Below, in pieces: positions 9,646 through 20,099 of a stretch of 64,000 nt of DNA. The stretch lies in assembly GCA_963678065.2 (NCBI GenBank), contig CAXXVZ010000003.1, positions 352,001 to 416,000 of the forward strand, given 5' to 3'. How positions within the stretch are numbered: the first letter of the stretch is position 1; every line of letters starts with the position of its first letter. Below the pieces are notes generated by a model. It searched no databases and was not told the DNA's origin. It worked only from the letters and a program-made list of their open reading frames with translations. The position numbers and the translations under genes were made by a program. This stretch comes from Treponemataceae bacterium (GTDB taxonomy: Bacteria; Spirochaetota; Spirochaetia; Treponematales; Rectinemataceae).

Positions 9646-10602
9646 ATGACGTGCAAAGGGATCCGCGACGCGCTCACGCGCAGCTGGGGCATCATCGCGA
9701 TGCTGGTCGCCCTGAACGCCTTTTTCAGCATCGTCTCTCCTTTCTTTTTTACGGCCTACAACTTTGTCAGCATGCTGCACCATGCGGCCTTCATGATGAT
9801 CATGGCAACCGGCATGGTGATGGTGATAGCCACTGGCGGGATCGACGTCTCGATCGGATCGAACATGGCGTTCACCGGCATGGTGGTGGCGAATCTTCTC
9901 GTGAAGGGTGTCCCGATCCCGCTCGCCATTCTCCTCGGGCTCGGACTGGGCACGCTGATCGGGGCGATCAACGGGACCTTCATCGCGAGACTGCGTCTGC
10001 AGCCCCTCATCGTCACTCTGGCCATGCTCAGCATCTTCCGGGGGTCCACTCTTGTGATCTCCGCCGGTTACGCCGTGGCCGGACTTCCGGAAGGGTTCCT
10101 CGACGTCTTCGCCGGCTCCGGGATGATCCAGAACAGTGTGTACATCGGGATCGGCGTCGCCCTCGTCGGTGCCTTAGTCCTGTCACAGAGTCCTTTCGGC
10201 CTGTACGCCCGCGCGGTCGGCAGCAATGAGGAATGCACCTATGTATGTGGAATCGACACGCGGCGGATCAAGGTAATCATCTACAGTGTTCAGGGCGCTC
10301 TCGCCGCCCTCGCTTCGCTGACATTCATGGCTTCCGTGGACGCAGCCGAGCCTTCCGCCGGACTCTCTACCGAATGGATGGAGGCGATCGCGGCCGCCAT
10401 TCTGGGGGGAAACCATCTCTCCGGCGGCAAGGCGCGGATCTTCGGAATGGTCATCGGAACCATGATACTCAGCACGATCCGGAGCGGCCTGAATGTCGTT
10501 CGCGTGCCTCCGGCCTATCAACAGGTTGTCATCGGCCTCGTGTTGGTGACCACAGTGATAGCGGATTCGCTCCGCTCCAAGCGGCGCATGGCGCTGGCAT
10601 AG
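9646..10602 (+). CDS. Sugar ABC transporter permease
   Basis: GGIDVSIGS, PLIVTLA, AVGSN, EAIAAAILGG; alternative start at 9613. Confidence 0.9.
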   Translation: MTCKGIRDALTRSWGIIAMLVALNAFFSIVSPFFFTAYNFVSMLHHAAFMMIMATGMVMVIATGGIDVSIGSNMAFTGMVVANLLVKGVPIPLAILLGLGLGTLIGAINGTFIARLRLQPLIVTLAMLSIFRGSTLVISAGYAVAGLPEGFLDVFAGSGMIQNSVYIGIGVALVGALVLSQSPFGLYARAVGSNEECTYVCGIDTRRIKVIIYSVQGALAALASLTFMASVDAAEPSAGLSTEWMEAIAAAILGGNHLSGGKARIFGMVIGTMILSTIRSGLNVVRVPPAYQQVVIGLVLVTTVIADSLRSKRRMALA

Positions 10603-10612
10603 GAAAGATCAT

Positions 10613-12130
10613 ATGGAAAATGTATTGCTGCGAATGGAAAAGATCTCCAAGTCCTTTGGCGGTATCCAGGCTCTGCTCAACGTGGACCTCTGTCTGCGCA
10701 GCGGGGAAGTGCTCGGTCTGGTCGGAGAGAACGGCGCGGGCAAGTCCACGCTGATGAAAATCCTTTCCGGCATCGTGCAGGCGGACCGCGGAAAGATCCT
10801 CCTCGATGGAGGAGAGACGGCGATCGCCAGTCCGAGCGATGCGCAGAAAATGGGAATAGCGATGATCCCGCAGGAGCTGCTTCTTGTGCCTGAGCTCTCC
10901 GTCGCGCAGAACCTCTTCCTCGGTCACGAGTTGTGCAGCAATGGCGGGCTCCTCAACAAGAAGAGAATGTGCGAGAAGACCGAGGAGATCCTCTCGAGCC
11001 TGGACAGCGCGTATATCCGCGCGGACGCGCTTGTCGGCGAGCTCCCGAAGGCCGACCAGCAGATCGTTGCCATCGCTCGCCGGCTACTTCAGAAGGGCCG
11101 GATTTTCATTATGGATGAGCCCACAGCCGCCCTCACGGGCAAGGAGACTGAGACACTCTTCGGGATCATCCGGAGGATCAGCGCCAGCGGCTGTTCAACC
11201 ATCTATATCTCTCATCGGCTGGAGGAGGATCTGGAGATTTGCGACCGCTTTACGGTCCTGCGGGACGGTGAGGTGGCTCAGGACTTCCCGAATGCTCCTG
11301 AGGTGGACACGCAAACCCTCGTGTATCACATGGTCGGAAGCCGCATCGGTGACGAGTTTCCCCATACCGCCGCGCGGAGGGGAAACGAAGTACTCCGGGT
11401 CAATCGACTTGCCTTCCGTACCTACCAGGGCGCTCTTGTGAAGGACGTCGACTTCTCCCTCCACAAAGGGGAGGTGGTCAGCATCACCGGGCTCGTGGGG
11501 GTCGGAAAGACCGAGCTGGGTCAGACCCTTATGGGCCTGCGCAAGCGGATCGGCGGCTCTCTGTCCCTCGACGGGGCGCAGACAGTTATTCAGTCGCCGA
11601 TGGACGCCGTGCGGCATGGGATCGGGTATGTCAGCGAGGACCGGAGGGATGAGGGCCTCGTGCTCGCCCTGGAAAGTAAGTATAATATGACATTGAGCTG
11701 CCTGAGGAAAATCTCCACCGCCTCGGTGCTCTCCTCCAGCCGCGAGAAGAGGCTCGTGTCGACGTTCATGGACCGGCTGAGCATGAAAGCCCAGTACCTC
11801 GAGATGGAAGCCCAGCAGCTGAGCGGCGGAAACCAGCAAAAGATAGTCATCCTGAGACAGATCATCAGCGACGCGCGGATTATTCTCCTCGACGAACCGA
11901 CAAAGGGGATCGACGTGGGGGCCAAGAGCGAAGTATCCCGCATCATCGGGGAGCTGAGCCAGGAAGGGAAGGCCATCCTGATCTTGTCTTCCGAGCCCCG
12001 CGAGGTGCTCGGTATCAGCGATGTCATCTATGTCCTGACCACTCGGGGGATGCAGGGTCCTTTCATGCGGGGAAATCTGACCTATTCCCAGCTGATGGCG
12101 ATCGAGCTCGGGCAGACTCGCGGAGAATAA
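10613..12130 (+). CDS. Sugar ABC transporter ATP-binding protein
   Basis: GENGAGKS, MDEPT, ISH, LSGGNQQK, LDEPTKGIDVGAK. Confidence 0.95.
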   Translation: MENVLLRMEKISKSFGGIQALLNVDLCLRSGEVLGLVGENGAGKSTLMKILSGIVQADRGKILLDGGETAIASPSDAQKMGIAMIPQELLLVPELSVAQNLFLGHELCSNGGLLNKKRMCEKTEEILSSLDSAYIRADALVGELPKADQQIVAIARRLLQKGRIFIMDEPTAALTGKETETLFGIIRRISASGCSTIYISHRLEEDLEICDRFTVLRDGEVAQDFPNAPEVDTQTLVYHMVGSRIGDEFPHTAARRGNEVLRVNRLAFRTYQGALVKDVDFSLHKGEVVSITGLVGVGKTELGQTLMGLRKRIGGSLSLDGAQTVIQSPMDAVRHGIGYVSEDRRDEGLVLALESKYNMTLSCLRKISTASVLSSSREKRLVSTFMDRLSMKAQYLEMEAQQLSGGNQQKIVILRQIISDARIILLDEPTKGIDVGAKSEVSRIIGELSQEGKAILILSSEPREVLGISDVIYVLTTRGMQGPFMRGNLTYSQLMAIELGQTRGE

Positions 12131-12185
12131 TCCCGCAGGGCGTGTTCCGAGTACAGGGTCTATGTATCGGGAGGGTGTACAAGCA

Positions 12186-13190
12186 ATGCAGAATAGAATT
12201 TCCCTTTCGCGGTTCCACCTGGAGCTGCTTTTCCCCATCGTTGTCGTCGTAGTCGGACTGACTATCGCCTCTCCTCACTTTATGAGTTTCCAGAATTTCG
12301 TGAATGTGGGCAACCAGATCGCGATCAACGTCATTATCGCCCTCGGGATGACTCTCCTTGTCACGGGCGGAGGGATCGATCTTTCCGTCGGCTCCAATGT
12401 CGCTCTGACGGGGGTCATCGTCGCCCAATTCTTCCAGGCGGGGGGACAGGGAGCCGGCGCGGTGTTCCTCGCGATCCTGATCGGTCTGGGAGTGGGGGTG
12501 ACGATAGGAGTCATCAACGGTTTGATCGTCTCGCTCCTCGATGTCCCGCCGTTCATCTGCACACTCGGGACAATGACGGCAATTCGCGGAGTGGCTCTCA
12601 TCGCCTCCGACGGTCGCCCGATCATGGGCATGCCGGACGCATTCCTGAACGTTTTCTATGGCTTTTGGGGAGGAATCCCGAAGCCGGTCATCACGGCCGT
12701 CATTCTTTCGATCCTCATTGCTTTCATTTTCAACAGGACTACCTTTGGCCGGAAGGTAAAGGCCATAGGCGGCAACGAACGCTGCGTCAGAGTCTGCGGC
12801 ATCAATATCGTCCTCATAAAAATCCTGATGTACGGCTTCGTAGGCGGCCTCGCCGGGATGGCCGGGCTCGTGCTCACCACGACGATGGCGACTGCCGAGC
12901 CGCTTGCGGGCACATGGTATGAGCTTGAGGCCGTCGCGGTAGTAGTCATGGGTGGAACCCTTCTGAAGGGCGGGAAAGGAACTATTGTCGGGACATTGCT
13001 TGGCGCCTTGCTGCTGGGCTTGGTGCGGAACGGGCTCAATCTTCTGAGTGTGCATGCCACGTATCACACCCTTGTCGTCGGGCTGCTTATTCTGTTCTCC
13101 GTTGTGATTTCCAGCGATGCTTTCGGGGGTGCCGGGCGGAGAGTGTGGGATCGCATGCGAGGGCAGGCCAAATTTTCGTCTGAGCGATAA
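12186..13190 (+). CDS. Second sugar ABC transporter permease
   Basis: GGIDLSVGS, PPFICTLG, AIGGNE, YELEAVAVVVMGG; alternative start at 12162. Confidence 0.9.
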   Translation: MQNRISLSRFHLELLFPIVVVVVGLTIASPHFMSFQNFVNVGNQIAINVIIALGMTLLVTGGGIDLSVGSNVALTGVIVAQFFQAGGQGAGAVFLAILIGLGVGVTIGVINGLIVSLLDVPPFICTLGTMTAIRGVALIASDGRPIMGMPDAFLNVFYGFWGGIPKPVITAVILSILIAFIFNRTTFGRKVKAIGGNERCVRVCGINIVLIKILMYGFVGGLAGMAGLVLTTTMATAEPLAGTWYELEAVAVVVMGGTLLKGGKGTIVGTLLGALLLGLVRNGLNLLSVHATYHTLVVGLLILFSVVISSDAFGGAGRRVWDRMRGQAKFSSER

Positions 13191-13220
13191 ATAAACCAAA
13201 GCAAAAGAAAGGAGACAGTC

Positions 13221-14312
13221 ATGGCACACTATTTGGACACGGAATTCAGCAAACACGGGCTCCTCTCACGCGTCGGGGATCCCGCGCAGATCGCGCGCGC
13301 GGTGCCGGTCACTCTCGCCGGAGGCAAGGCCGAGGGAGTCGCCGCGGTCCAGCTCAGCACAGGGTCCGGACTGGAGTTCACCGTGCTTCCCGGAAGGGGA
13401 ATGGACATACCCTTCGCTTCATACAACGGCCGTTCCCTGGGGTTTTTCTCCGGCACAGGCATCACTTCACCCGCTTACTACGAGGAGCCGGGTTTGGGGT
13501 GGCTGCGAAGCGCATACTTTGGCCTACTCACGACCTGCGGCATCGTCTCGAGCGGCTTCCCCGATGTCGAGGGAGAGAAGTCCTACGGCCTGCACGGCAG
13601 GGTCTCGAACGCGGCCGCAGAGGATGTCTCGGTTTCCCAGGATTGGGAGGGAGATGAGTATGTCCTGTCGGTACAGGGAAAGATCAGGGAAGCCTGCGCC
13701 TTTAATGAGAATATGCGACTGAAACGGAAGGTAGAAACCCGCCTGGGATGGGATAAGCTGGTCATCCACGACATCATCGAGAACAACGGATTCGAGCCAC
13801 AGCCGCTCATGATGATCTACCATTTCAATTTCGGTTACCCCCTCCTTGGCCCTGGCGCGGAAGTCGTCGGCCCCATCATCAAGAAGGAAGCGCGGGACGA
13901 GGAGGCATGTAAGGATCGCGGGATTGAGGAGAGCCTGTCTTTCCCGGAGCCCCAGGCTGATTACCGCGAGAAAGTTTTCTTCTACAGCCTTGGAGCCGAC
14001 GCAAAAGGGGATACATTCATATCTCTGCTGAATCAGGATATCGGGGACGGTACTCCCCTCGGCATCGTGATGCGCTTCAACAGGAATGAGTTGCCACGGT
14101 TCACACACTGGAAGATGACAGGGCAGGGCTTCTACGTGACGGGGCTCGAGCCGGGCACAGTAGGCCCTCTCGGGCGCAAAAAGGAGCGCGAGCGCGGCTG
14201 TCCTATGCTCGCGGGGCAGGGGTCCTGGCCGATCACCATAGAGTTCGAAGTCCTTCACGATGTCGCGGCCTTCCAGAGGCTGAGGGATGAGGCGGAGACT
14301 CTGAAGAAATAG
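13221..14312 (+). CDS. Aldose 1-epimerase/galactose-mutarotase-like protein (DUF4432 type)
   Basis: TGSGLEFTVLPGRGMDI, GLLTTCG, GLHGR, YHFNFG, YVTGLEPGT. Confidence 0.8.
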   Translation: MAHYLDTEFSKHGLLSRVGDPAQIARAVPVTLAGGKAEGVAAVQLSTGSGLEFTVLPGRGMDIPFASYNGRSLGFFSGTGITSPAYYEEPGLGWLRSAYFGLLTTCGIVSSGFPDVEGEKSYGLHGRVSNAAAEDVSVSQDWEGDEYVLSVQGKIREACAFNENMRLKRKVETRLGWDKLVIHDIIENNGFEPQPLMMIYHFNFGYPLLGPGAEVVGPIIKKEARDEEACKDRGIEESLSFPEPQADYREKVFFYSLGADAKGDTFISLLNQDIGDGTPLGIVMRFNRNELPRFTHWKMTGQGFYVTGLEPGTVGPLGRKKERERGCPMLAGQGSWPITIEFEVLHDVAAFQRLRDEAETLKK

Positions 14313-14425
14313 TCGGCTGCACGTGTGGCGGTGGAGTTTGGTGTTTTTCTGTGGCAAGCGGCAGAAGGCGGTTGCCGCAAAATGGATCACTATCGTCCTG
14401 AAGAGGAACTTAAGGAGGCAGGAAC

Positions 14426-15922
14426 ATGAAGAGGTATGGGCTTCTCATCGACAATGAGCTGTGTGAGCCGGAGGGTGGGCGATACTTTATCTCGAGCGAC
14501 CCTTCGAACGGCGAACCCATCGCGGAGTTCGCCCAGGCCGGTCCCGGCGACGTCCGAGCCGCCTGCGCCGCCGCGAGAGCTGCCTTTGAGAGCGGTTGGG
14601 GCCGGATGGACCCCGACGACCGCGCGGAGCTCATGCACAGGGCCGCCGCAGGGATGAGGCGGAGGCAGCAGGAACTCGCCGAGCTCGAGTCCCGCGACAC
14701 CGGCAAGCCGATACGCGAGAGCGCAGGCTTCGATATACCTTTCTCCATTCTCGCCTTCGACTACTTCGCCGATCTGGGCCGCGAGGTTCTCGGGCATGTC
14801 ATCCCCGTCAAAAACGAGCTCAAGAAAGAATACTTCGACTTTGTGACCTACGAGCCCTACGGCGTCGTCGCGGTCATCAGCCCCTACAATTTTCCCCTCC
14901 ACCTTCTGACGCGGAGCCTCTGCCCGGCCCTCGCCGCGGGAAATACGGCTGTGCTCAAGGCCTCGTCGATGACGCCGGCCACCACCGCGCTGCTCGGGGA
15001 GATACTCGTCGACGCAGGCTTCCCTCCCGGCGTCATCAACGTTGTCTCAGGGGCGGGCTCCACCGTCGGCGAATCTCTCGCCTCCGACCGGGACGTGGGT
15101 GTTATCGCATTCACGGGTTCCGAGGCCGTGGGCCGGAGGCTCATGGAGCTCTCCGCGCGCTCGCCCATAATCAAGAAGACAGTGCTGGAACTCGGCGGGA
15201 AGGGGCCGTACATCGTCGAGCCCGACTGTGACCTCGACGAGGCCGCCGACGCCGCGGTCACAGGCCTGGCTTTCAATCAGGGCGAAGTCTGCTGCGCGAT
15301 GACCCGGCTCATCCTCCACGAGTCGATCTACGAGGACTTCCTCACGAGGCTCGCGTCGCGGCTTGACGCGCTGGTCATAGGGCCGCCCCTCGACCCCGCG
15401 ACACAGATCGGATCACTCGTGAACGCGGCTCAGCTCGAGCGCGTAGACGCCTATGTGCGGGCTGCGATCGGGCGCGGCGCCAGGCTTGTATGCGGCGGAG
15501 AGCGTTATGCCATACCGCCCTGCGACAAAGGGAGTTTTTACCGGCCTACAGTCCTCGACCGCCTTGCGGAGGTCGAGCCTTGTTGGCGCGAGGAGATCTT
15601 CGGTCCCGTCCTCGTCGCGAAACCCTACCGTGAGCTCAAAGAGGCCGTGTCAATGGCCAACGACAGCGATTTCGGCCTTGGCGCGAATCTCTTCACGCGC
15701 GACTACCGCAAGGCCTATTGGGCGTCAAAACGTCTCAACGCCGGCTCGGTCTGGGTCAATGTCAATAACGGCGCCCAAATGAACGCTCCCTTCGGGGGCA
15801 ACAAGAACAGCGGGATGGGCAGGGAATATGGCGTCTTTGGCCTCCACGAATACCTCCGGGCCAAGAACAACTGCTGGAACGTGGGCATCGATCCGCTCGC
15901 CGCGCCTGGCGCGCGGGACTAG
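14426..15922 (+). CDS. NAD(P)+-dependent aldehyde dehydrogenase (non-acylating type)
   Basis: SPYNFP, AFTGS, LELGGK (catalytic Glu), NQGEVCCA (catalytic Cys), EEIFGPV, PFGGNKNSG. Confidence 0.95.
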   Translation: MKRYGLLIDNELCEPEGGRYFISSDPSNGEPIAEFAQAGPGDVRAACAAARAAFESGWGRMDPDDRAELMHRAAAGMRRRQQELAELESRDTGKPIRESAGFDIPFSILAFDYFADLGREVLGHVIPVKNELKKEYFDFVTYEPYGVVAVISPYNFPLHLLTRSLCPALAAGNTAVLKASSMTPATTALLGEILVDAGFPPGVINVVSGAGSTVGESLASDRDVGVIAFTGSEAVGRRLMELSARSPIIKKTVLELGGKGPYIVEPDCDLDEAADAAVTGLAFNQGEVCCAMTRLILHESIYEDFLTRLASRLDALVIGPPLDPATQIGSLVNAAQLERVDAYVRAAIGRGARLVCGGERYAIPPCDKGSFYRPTVLDRLAEVEPCWREEIFGPVLVAKPYRELKEAVSMANDSDFGLGANLFTRDYRKAYWASKRLNAGSVWVNVNNGAQMNAPFGGNKNSGMGREYGVFGLHEYLRAKNNCWNVGIDPLAAPGARD

Positions 15923-16148
15923 GAAAACGACGACGCATCGATCGTAGGCGCCCACCGGGACCCCTGTGATTCGCAGGAGAGTTTCATACCCCGCAGCTGC
16001 GAGGTATGTTGAATCCTGGTGGGCGGCCGCTCGATCCGACAGCTGTCTGGCCGCGACGAAGGCCTGTAAACGCCGATGGGGAGCCTGTGCCCCCACTCCA
16101 AGCTGCTCTCGCGGCGGTGTGCTTCCGGGTGTTTATCGAAAAAAACAC

Positions 16149-16201
16149 TTTACAGTTTTTGGTTTCCGGTGTAGGATGACCTCGAACTGGAAACGTTTTC
16201 A
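16149..16201 (+). promoter_or_regulatory. sigma70-like promoter plus LacI-type operator of the second iol operon
   Basis: TTTACA (16149-16154), 17 bp, TAGGAT (16172-16177); CTGGAAACGTTTTCA at 16187-16201. Confidence 0.7.
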
Positions 16202-16295
16202 TATTCGATTTTTTGGAAATCCAGTTTGATTTTTTCCTGTCCGGGGCCCGAAACGGGGCAATCGGAAGCATCAGGAACTGATGCAAGGAGGTTTC

Positions 16296-17312
16296 ATGGC
16301 ACCTGTCAATGTGGGCATAATCGGAGCGGGACGGATCGGAAAGATCCATGCCTCCAACATCGTGTATTACATGCCCCAGGCGAAGGTAAAGACCATCGCG
16401 GATGTCAACCTGACTCCCGCAATCGAGGAATGGGCCGCCGGTCTCGGCATCCCCGTCGCGACGAAGGACCCCGAGTCGATTTTTTCTGATCCCGAGATTT
16501 CCGTCGTTCTCGTCTGCTCGTCCACCGACACGCACGCGGATTTCGTCATCAAGGCCGCCAAAGCGGGAAAGCACATTTTCTGCGAAAAACCAGTCGATCT
16601 GACAGTCGCCAAAGTCAAGGCAGCGCTCGCCGCTGTCGCCGCGGCCAAGGTGAAGCTCCAGGTCGGGTTCAATCGCCGGTTCGATCACAACTTCGCGAAG
16701 GTCCGCGAACTCGTGGCCTCGGGAAGCATCGGCGATCCGCACGTCATCAAGATCACCTCCCGCGATCCTGCGCCGCCGCCACCCGCCTATGTGGCTGTCT
16801 CCGGTGGTATCTTCCTCGACATGACCATCCATGATTTCGACATGGCCCGCTTCCAGGCCGGCAGCGATGTCGTCGAAGTCTACGCGGCGGGCGCCGTCCT
16901 CGTCGATCCCGAAATCGGGAAAGCGGGGGACATCGACACCGCCATCATTACACTGAAATTCGCGAACGGCGCGATCGGTGTCATCGACAATTCCCGCAAG
17001 GCGGCCTACGGTTACGATCAGCGCGTCGAAGTTTTCGGCTCGAAAGGCGCGGCGGCCGCCGAGAACGACGCCGCCAGCACCGTGAAGCTCTCCACCGAAT
17101 CGGGTGTAACGGGCGAGAAGCCCCTCTACTTCTTCCTTGAGCGCTACAAGGAAGCCTTCATCTCTGAAATGCGCGCCTTCCTCGACGCTGTCGCCGGCGA
17201 CAAGCCGGTTTCTGTCACCGGCGAGGACGGCCTGCAGGATCTTCTCGTCGCCCTCGCGGCAAAGAAATCCGTCGCGGAGAAGCGGCCTGTCAGGCTCTCC
17301 GAAATCGCGTAA
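16296..17312 (+). CDS. iolG: myo-inositol 2-dehydrogenase
   Basis: GAGRIG, CEKP, GFNRRFD, ITSRDP, GGIFLDMTIHDFD, YGYDQRVE; heads the iolBDE operon. Confidence 0.9.
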   Translation: MAPVNVGIIGAGRIGKIHASNIVYYMPQAKVKTIADVNLTPAIEEWAAGLGIPVATKDPESIFSDPEISVVLVCSSTDTHADFVIKAAKAGKHIFCEKPVDLTVAKVKAALAAVAAAKVKLQVGFNRRFDHNFAKVRELVASGSIGDPHVIKITSRDPAPPPPAYVAVSGGIFLDMTIHDFDMARFQAGSDVVEVYAAGAVLVDPEIGKAGDIDTAIITLKFANGAIGVIDNSRKAAYGYDQRVEVFGSKGAAAAENDAASTVKLSTESGVTGEKPLYFFLERYKEAFISEMRAFLDAVAGDKPVSVTGEDGLQDLLVALAAKKSVAEKRPVRLSEIA

Positions 17313-17370
17313 TCGTCCCAAAGGGGAGGCCGGAGACGGTCTCCCCTCCTCGCATCTCAAGGAGTACTCC

Positions 17371-18186
17371 ATGCAAACCAAGCATCCGGCCGCCTTCGCG
17401 GCCGGCTATGAAGCGATAGTCGACCGCGCCGGACCGGATGCGGACATGCTCATGGATTTCGGTATTGTCACCCTCGGCTCAGGGGCGAGCTGGGAATCCG
17501 GTCCTGGACTCGAGAGAGCCGTTCTCTTCATGGGCGGAGAGGCGCGTCTCGAATGGGGAGAACCTGGAGCCCCGGCTGCTGCGACCGTATCCCGGCGAAG
17601 TCTTTTCGATGAAAATCCGGCCGTTCTCCATCTCGACAGAAGAATGACCTGCAGAGTGACGGCGGGCGGGCGGGGCGCTGAACTCTCCGTGACGATGACC
17701 GAGAACGCCAAGACCTTTCCTGCGAAGCTCTACGCCCCGGAAGAGTGCCGGAGCGAAGAGCGCGGGAAAGGCACGATGCGCGAAACGAGCACCCGGATTG
17801 TGAGGACTGTCTTCGACGATTCCAACGCCCCCGACTCGAACCTCGTCATAGGCGAAGTGGTCGGGGCACCGGGGAAATGGTCGAGCTATCCACCCCATCA
17901 TCATCCGCAGCCCGAGATTTACCACTACCGCTTCCTGCCTGGCCAAGGTTTCGGCCTCACCGCTATCGGGGACCGCGCCTACATACTCTCAGACAAGGAT
18001 ACCATCCTCATCCGCGACACCGAGGATCATCCGCAGGTGACCGCCCCCGGCTATGCGATGTGGTACCTCTGGGTGATCCGGCATCTCGACGCTGATAGGT
18101 ACATCACCCCCCGCTTTACCGAACAGCATGCATGGGTGGCCGGACCCGATGCCGACATCTGGCTTCCTCCTTCGGAACGGACCTGA
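17371..18186 (+). CDS. iolB: 5-deoxy-glucuronate isomerase
   Basis: GKWSSYPPHHH, EIYHYRF, HPQVTAPGYAMWYLW. Confidence 0.9.
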   Translation: MQTKHPAAFAAGYEAIVDRAGPDADMLMDFGIVTLGSGASWESGPGLERAVLFMGGEARLEWGEPGAPAAATVSRRSLFDENPAVLHLDRRMTCRVTAGGRGAELSVTMTENAKTFPAKLYAPEECRSEERGKGTMRETSTRIVRTVFDDSNAPDSNLVIGEVVGAPGKWSSYPPHHHPQPEIYHYRFLPGQGFGLTAIGDRAYILSDKDTILIRDTEDHPQVTAPGYAMWYLWVIRHLDADRYITPRFTEQHAWVAGPDADIWLPPSERT

Positions 18187-18221
18187 GGTCCATAGGGCGC
18201 CACAGACAACAGGAGATGATT

Positions 18222-20087
18222 ATGGAAACCATAAAGCTGACAGTCGGCCAGGCTCTCGTCCGTTTCCTCGACAACCAGTACATCGAGCTGGACGGCGAAG
18301 AAAGCAAATTCGTCGAAGGTGTCTTCGGCATATTTGGTCACGGAATCGTCGTCGGACTGGGCGAGGCGCTCGCGGCGCCGGGGCATGGTCTTACGTTTTA
18401 TCAGGGAAAGAACGAACAGGGTATGACGCATGCCGCCATCGGTTTTGCCAAACAGAATGACTGCAGGAGGATCATGGCCGTGACGACATCCATCGGCCCG
18501 GGAGCCCTCAACATGGTCACTGCGGCAGGCACAGCCACCGTCAACCACGTTCCTGTCCTCCTTCTGCCGGCGGACGCCTACGCCTGCAGGCAGCCCGATC
18601 CTGTTCTTCAGCAGGTCGAGACCCCGGATGACTACACAAACACCGCCAACGATGCCTTCAGGGCGGTATCCCGGTACTGGGACAGAGTGAACAGGCCGGA
18701 ACAGCTCATGACGGCCATGATCAATGCCATGCGCGTATTGATCGATCCGGTGCAGGCCGGGGCCGTGACCATCGCGCTACCCCAGGATGTACAGGGCGAG
18801 GCCTACGACTATCCCGTCGAGTTCTTCGCAAAGCGAGTCCACCACATCGAGAGGCGCATCCCTTCCGAGGCTGCGGTGGAGCGCGCGGTCGCCATGATCC
18901 AGGCGGCGTCAAAGCCTCTCGTCATCTGCGGCGGAGGCGTGCGCTACTCCCGTGCGGGAGCCGAACTCGCGGCGTTCTGCAGGAAATTCCACATTCCCTT
19001 CGGCGAGACACAGGCAGGCAAGGGCGTCATCCTCTGGGACAATCCCTACAATCTTTCAGGAATCGGACTTACCGGAAGTCAGGCCGCGAACCGCATCGCC
19101 AAGGCCTCCGACCTCGTCATCGCGGTCGGAACACGGCTTGGAGACTTCACCACCTGCTCCAAGTGGCTTTTTCAGAATCCGGACTGCAGATTCCTCGGCA
19201 TCAACGTCGCTTCCTTCGATGCATACAAGATGAACGCCGAACCGATGATCGCCGACGCGAAGCTCGCGCTCGCGGCGATCACCCGATCTCTCGCGAGGAA
19301 AGGATATCATTCCGCGTGGGGTGACGCGATCGAGCGCGAGCGCGCACTTTGGAAGGCGGAAGTGGACAGGTTGTACTCCGAAGATGTGCCCGAGGGGCTT
19401 TCCCAGGCTCGCGCGCTCGGGGAGCTGAACGACAGGCTCCTTCCGCGCGACGCGGTCTGCATCTCCGGCTCCGGATCGATCCCAAGCGACATGCAGCGCG
19501 TTTGGCGCGTCCGTGTTCCGGGGACCTACCATATGGAGTACGGATTCTCCTGCATGGGCTACGAAGTGGCGGCCGGTCTCGGCGTCAAGATAGCGGAGCC
19601 GGACCGGGAAGTCGTCGTCATCGTTGGGGACGGCGCCTACACCATGCTGCACACCGAACTTCTGACCGCCGTGCAGGAGGGCAGGAAGATAATCGTCGTC
19701 GTGCTTGACAATTCCGGATTCCACTGCATCGACAATCTCCAGAACAGCCAGGGCATCGAACATTTCGCCAACGAGTGGAGGAGCCGCGACCCGGCTACCG
19801 GCAGGCTCACCGGGCCTACGGTCAAAGTCGATTTCGCCAAGAACGGCGAGAGCTGGGGCGCTGTCGGTCTTCGTGCGCGCACGGTCGACGAGTTCAGAAA
19901 GGCGGTCAGACGGGCGCTCAAGGAAAAAGGACCTGTCGTCATCGACGCCAAGGTCGCTCCCAAGTCCATGACCAAAGGGTACGAATCCTTCTGGCGCGTG
20001 GGCACCGCGGAAGTCTCGCACAATCCGGCCGTCGTGGCGGCAGCAGCCGTCGTCAAGGCCGAAGTTGCCAAATCCAGAAAATTCTAG
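18222..20087 (+). CDS. iolD: 3D-(3,5/4)-trihydroxycyclohexane-1,2-dione acylhydrolase (ThDP-dependent)
   Basis: LTVGQALVRFL, GIFGHG, NEQGM, RQPDPVLQQ, YHMEYGFSCMGYE, GDG...N ThDP motif. Confidence 0.95.
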   Translation: METIKLTVGQALVRFLDNQYIELDGEESKFVEGVFGIFGHGIVVGLGEALAAPGHGLTFYQGKNEQGMTHAAIGFAKQNDCRRIMAVTTSIGPGALNMVTAAGTATVNHVPVLLLPADAYACRQPDPVLQQVETPDDYTNTANDAFRAVSRYWDRVNRPEQLMTAMINAMRVLIDPVQAGAVTIALPQDVQGEAYDYPVEFFAKRVHHIERRIPSEAAVERAVAMIQAASKPLVICGGGVRYSRAGAELAAFCRKFHIPFGETQAGKGVILWDNPYNLSGIGLTGSQAANRIAKASDLVIAVGTRLGDFTTCSKWLFQNPDCRFLGINVASFDAYKMNAEPMIADAKLALAAITRSLARKGYHSAWGDAIERERALWKAEVDRLYSEDVPEGLSQARALGELNDRLLPRDAVCISGSGSIPSDMQRVWRVRVPGTYHMEYGFSCMGYEVAAGLGVKIAEPDREVVVIVGDGAYTMLHTELLTAVQEGRKIIVVVLDNSGFHCIDNLQNSQGIEHFANEWRSRDPATGRLTGPTVKVDFAKNGESWGAVGLRARTVDEFRKAVRRALKEKGPVVIDAKVAPKSMTKGYESFWRVGTAEVSHNPAVVAAAAVVKAEVAKSRKF

Positions 20088-20099
20088 AGGAGATACATC

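Noticed and set aside
14426..15922. ALDH as the missing IolA
   Set aside because: It has the LELGGK general-base Glu of hydrolytic ALDHs rather than the MGAKN of acylating MMSDH, and it lies in the AraC module without the iol operator.
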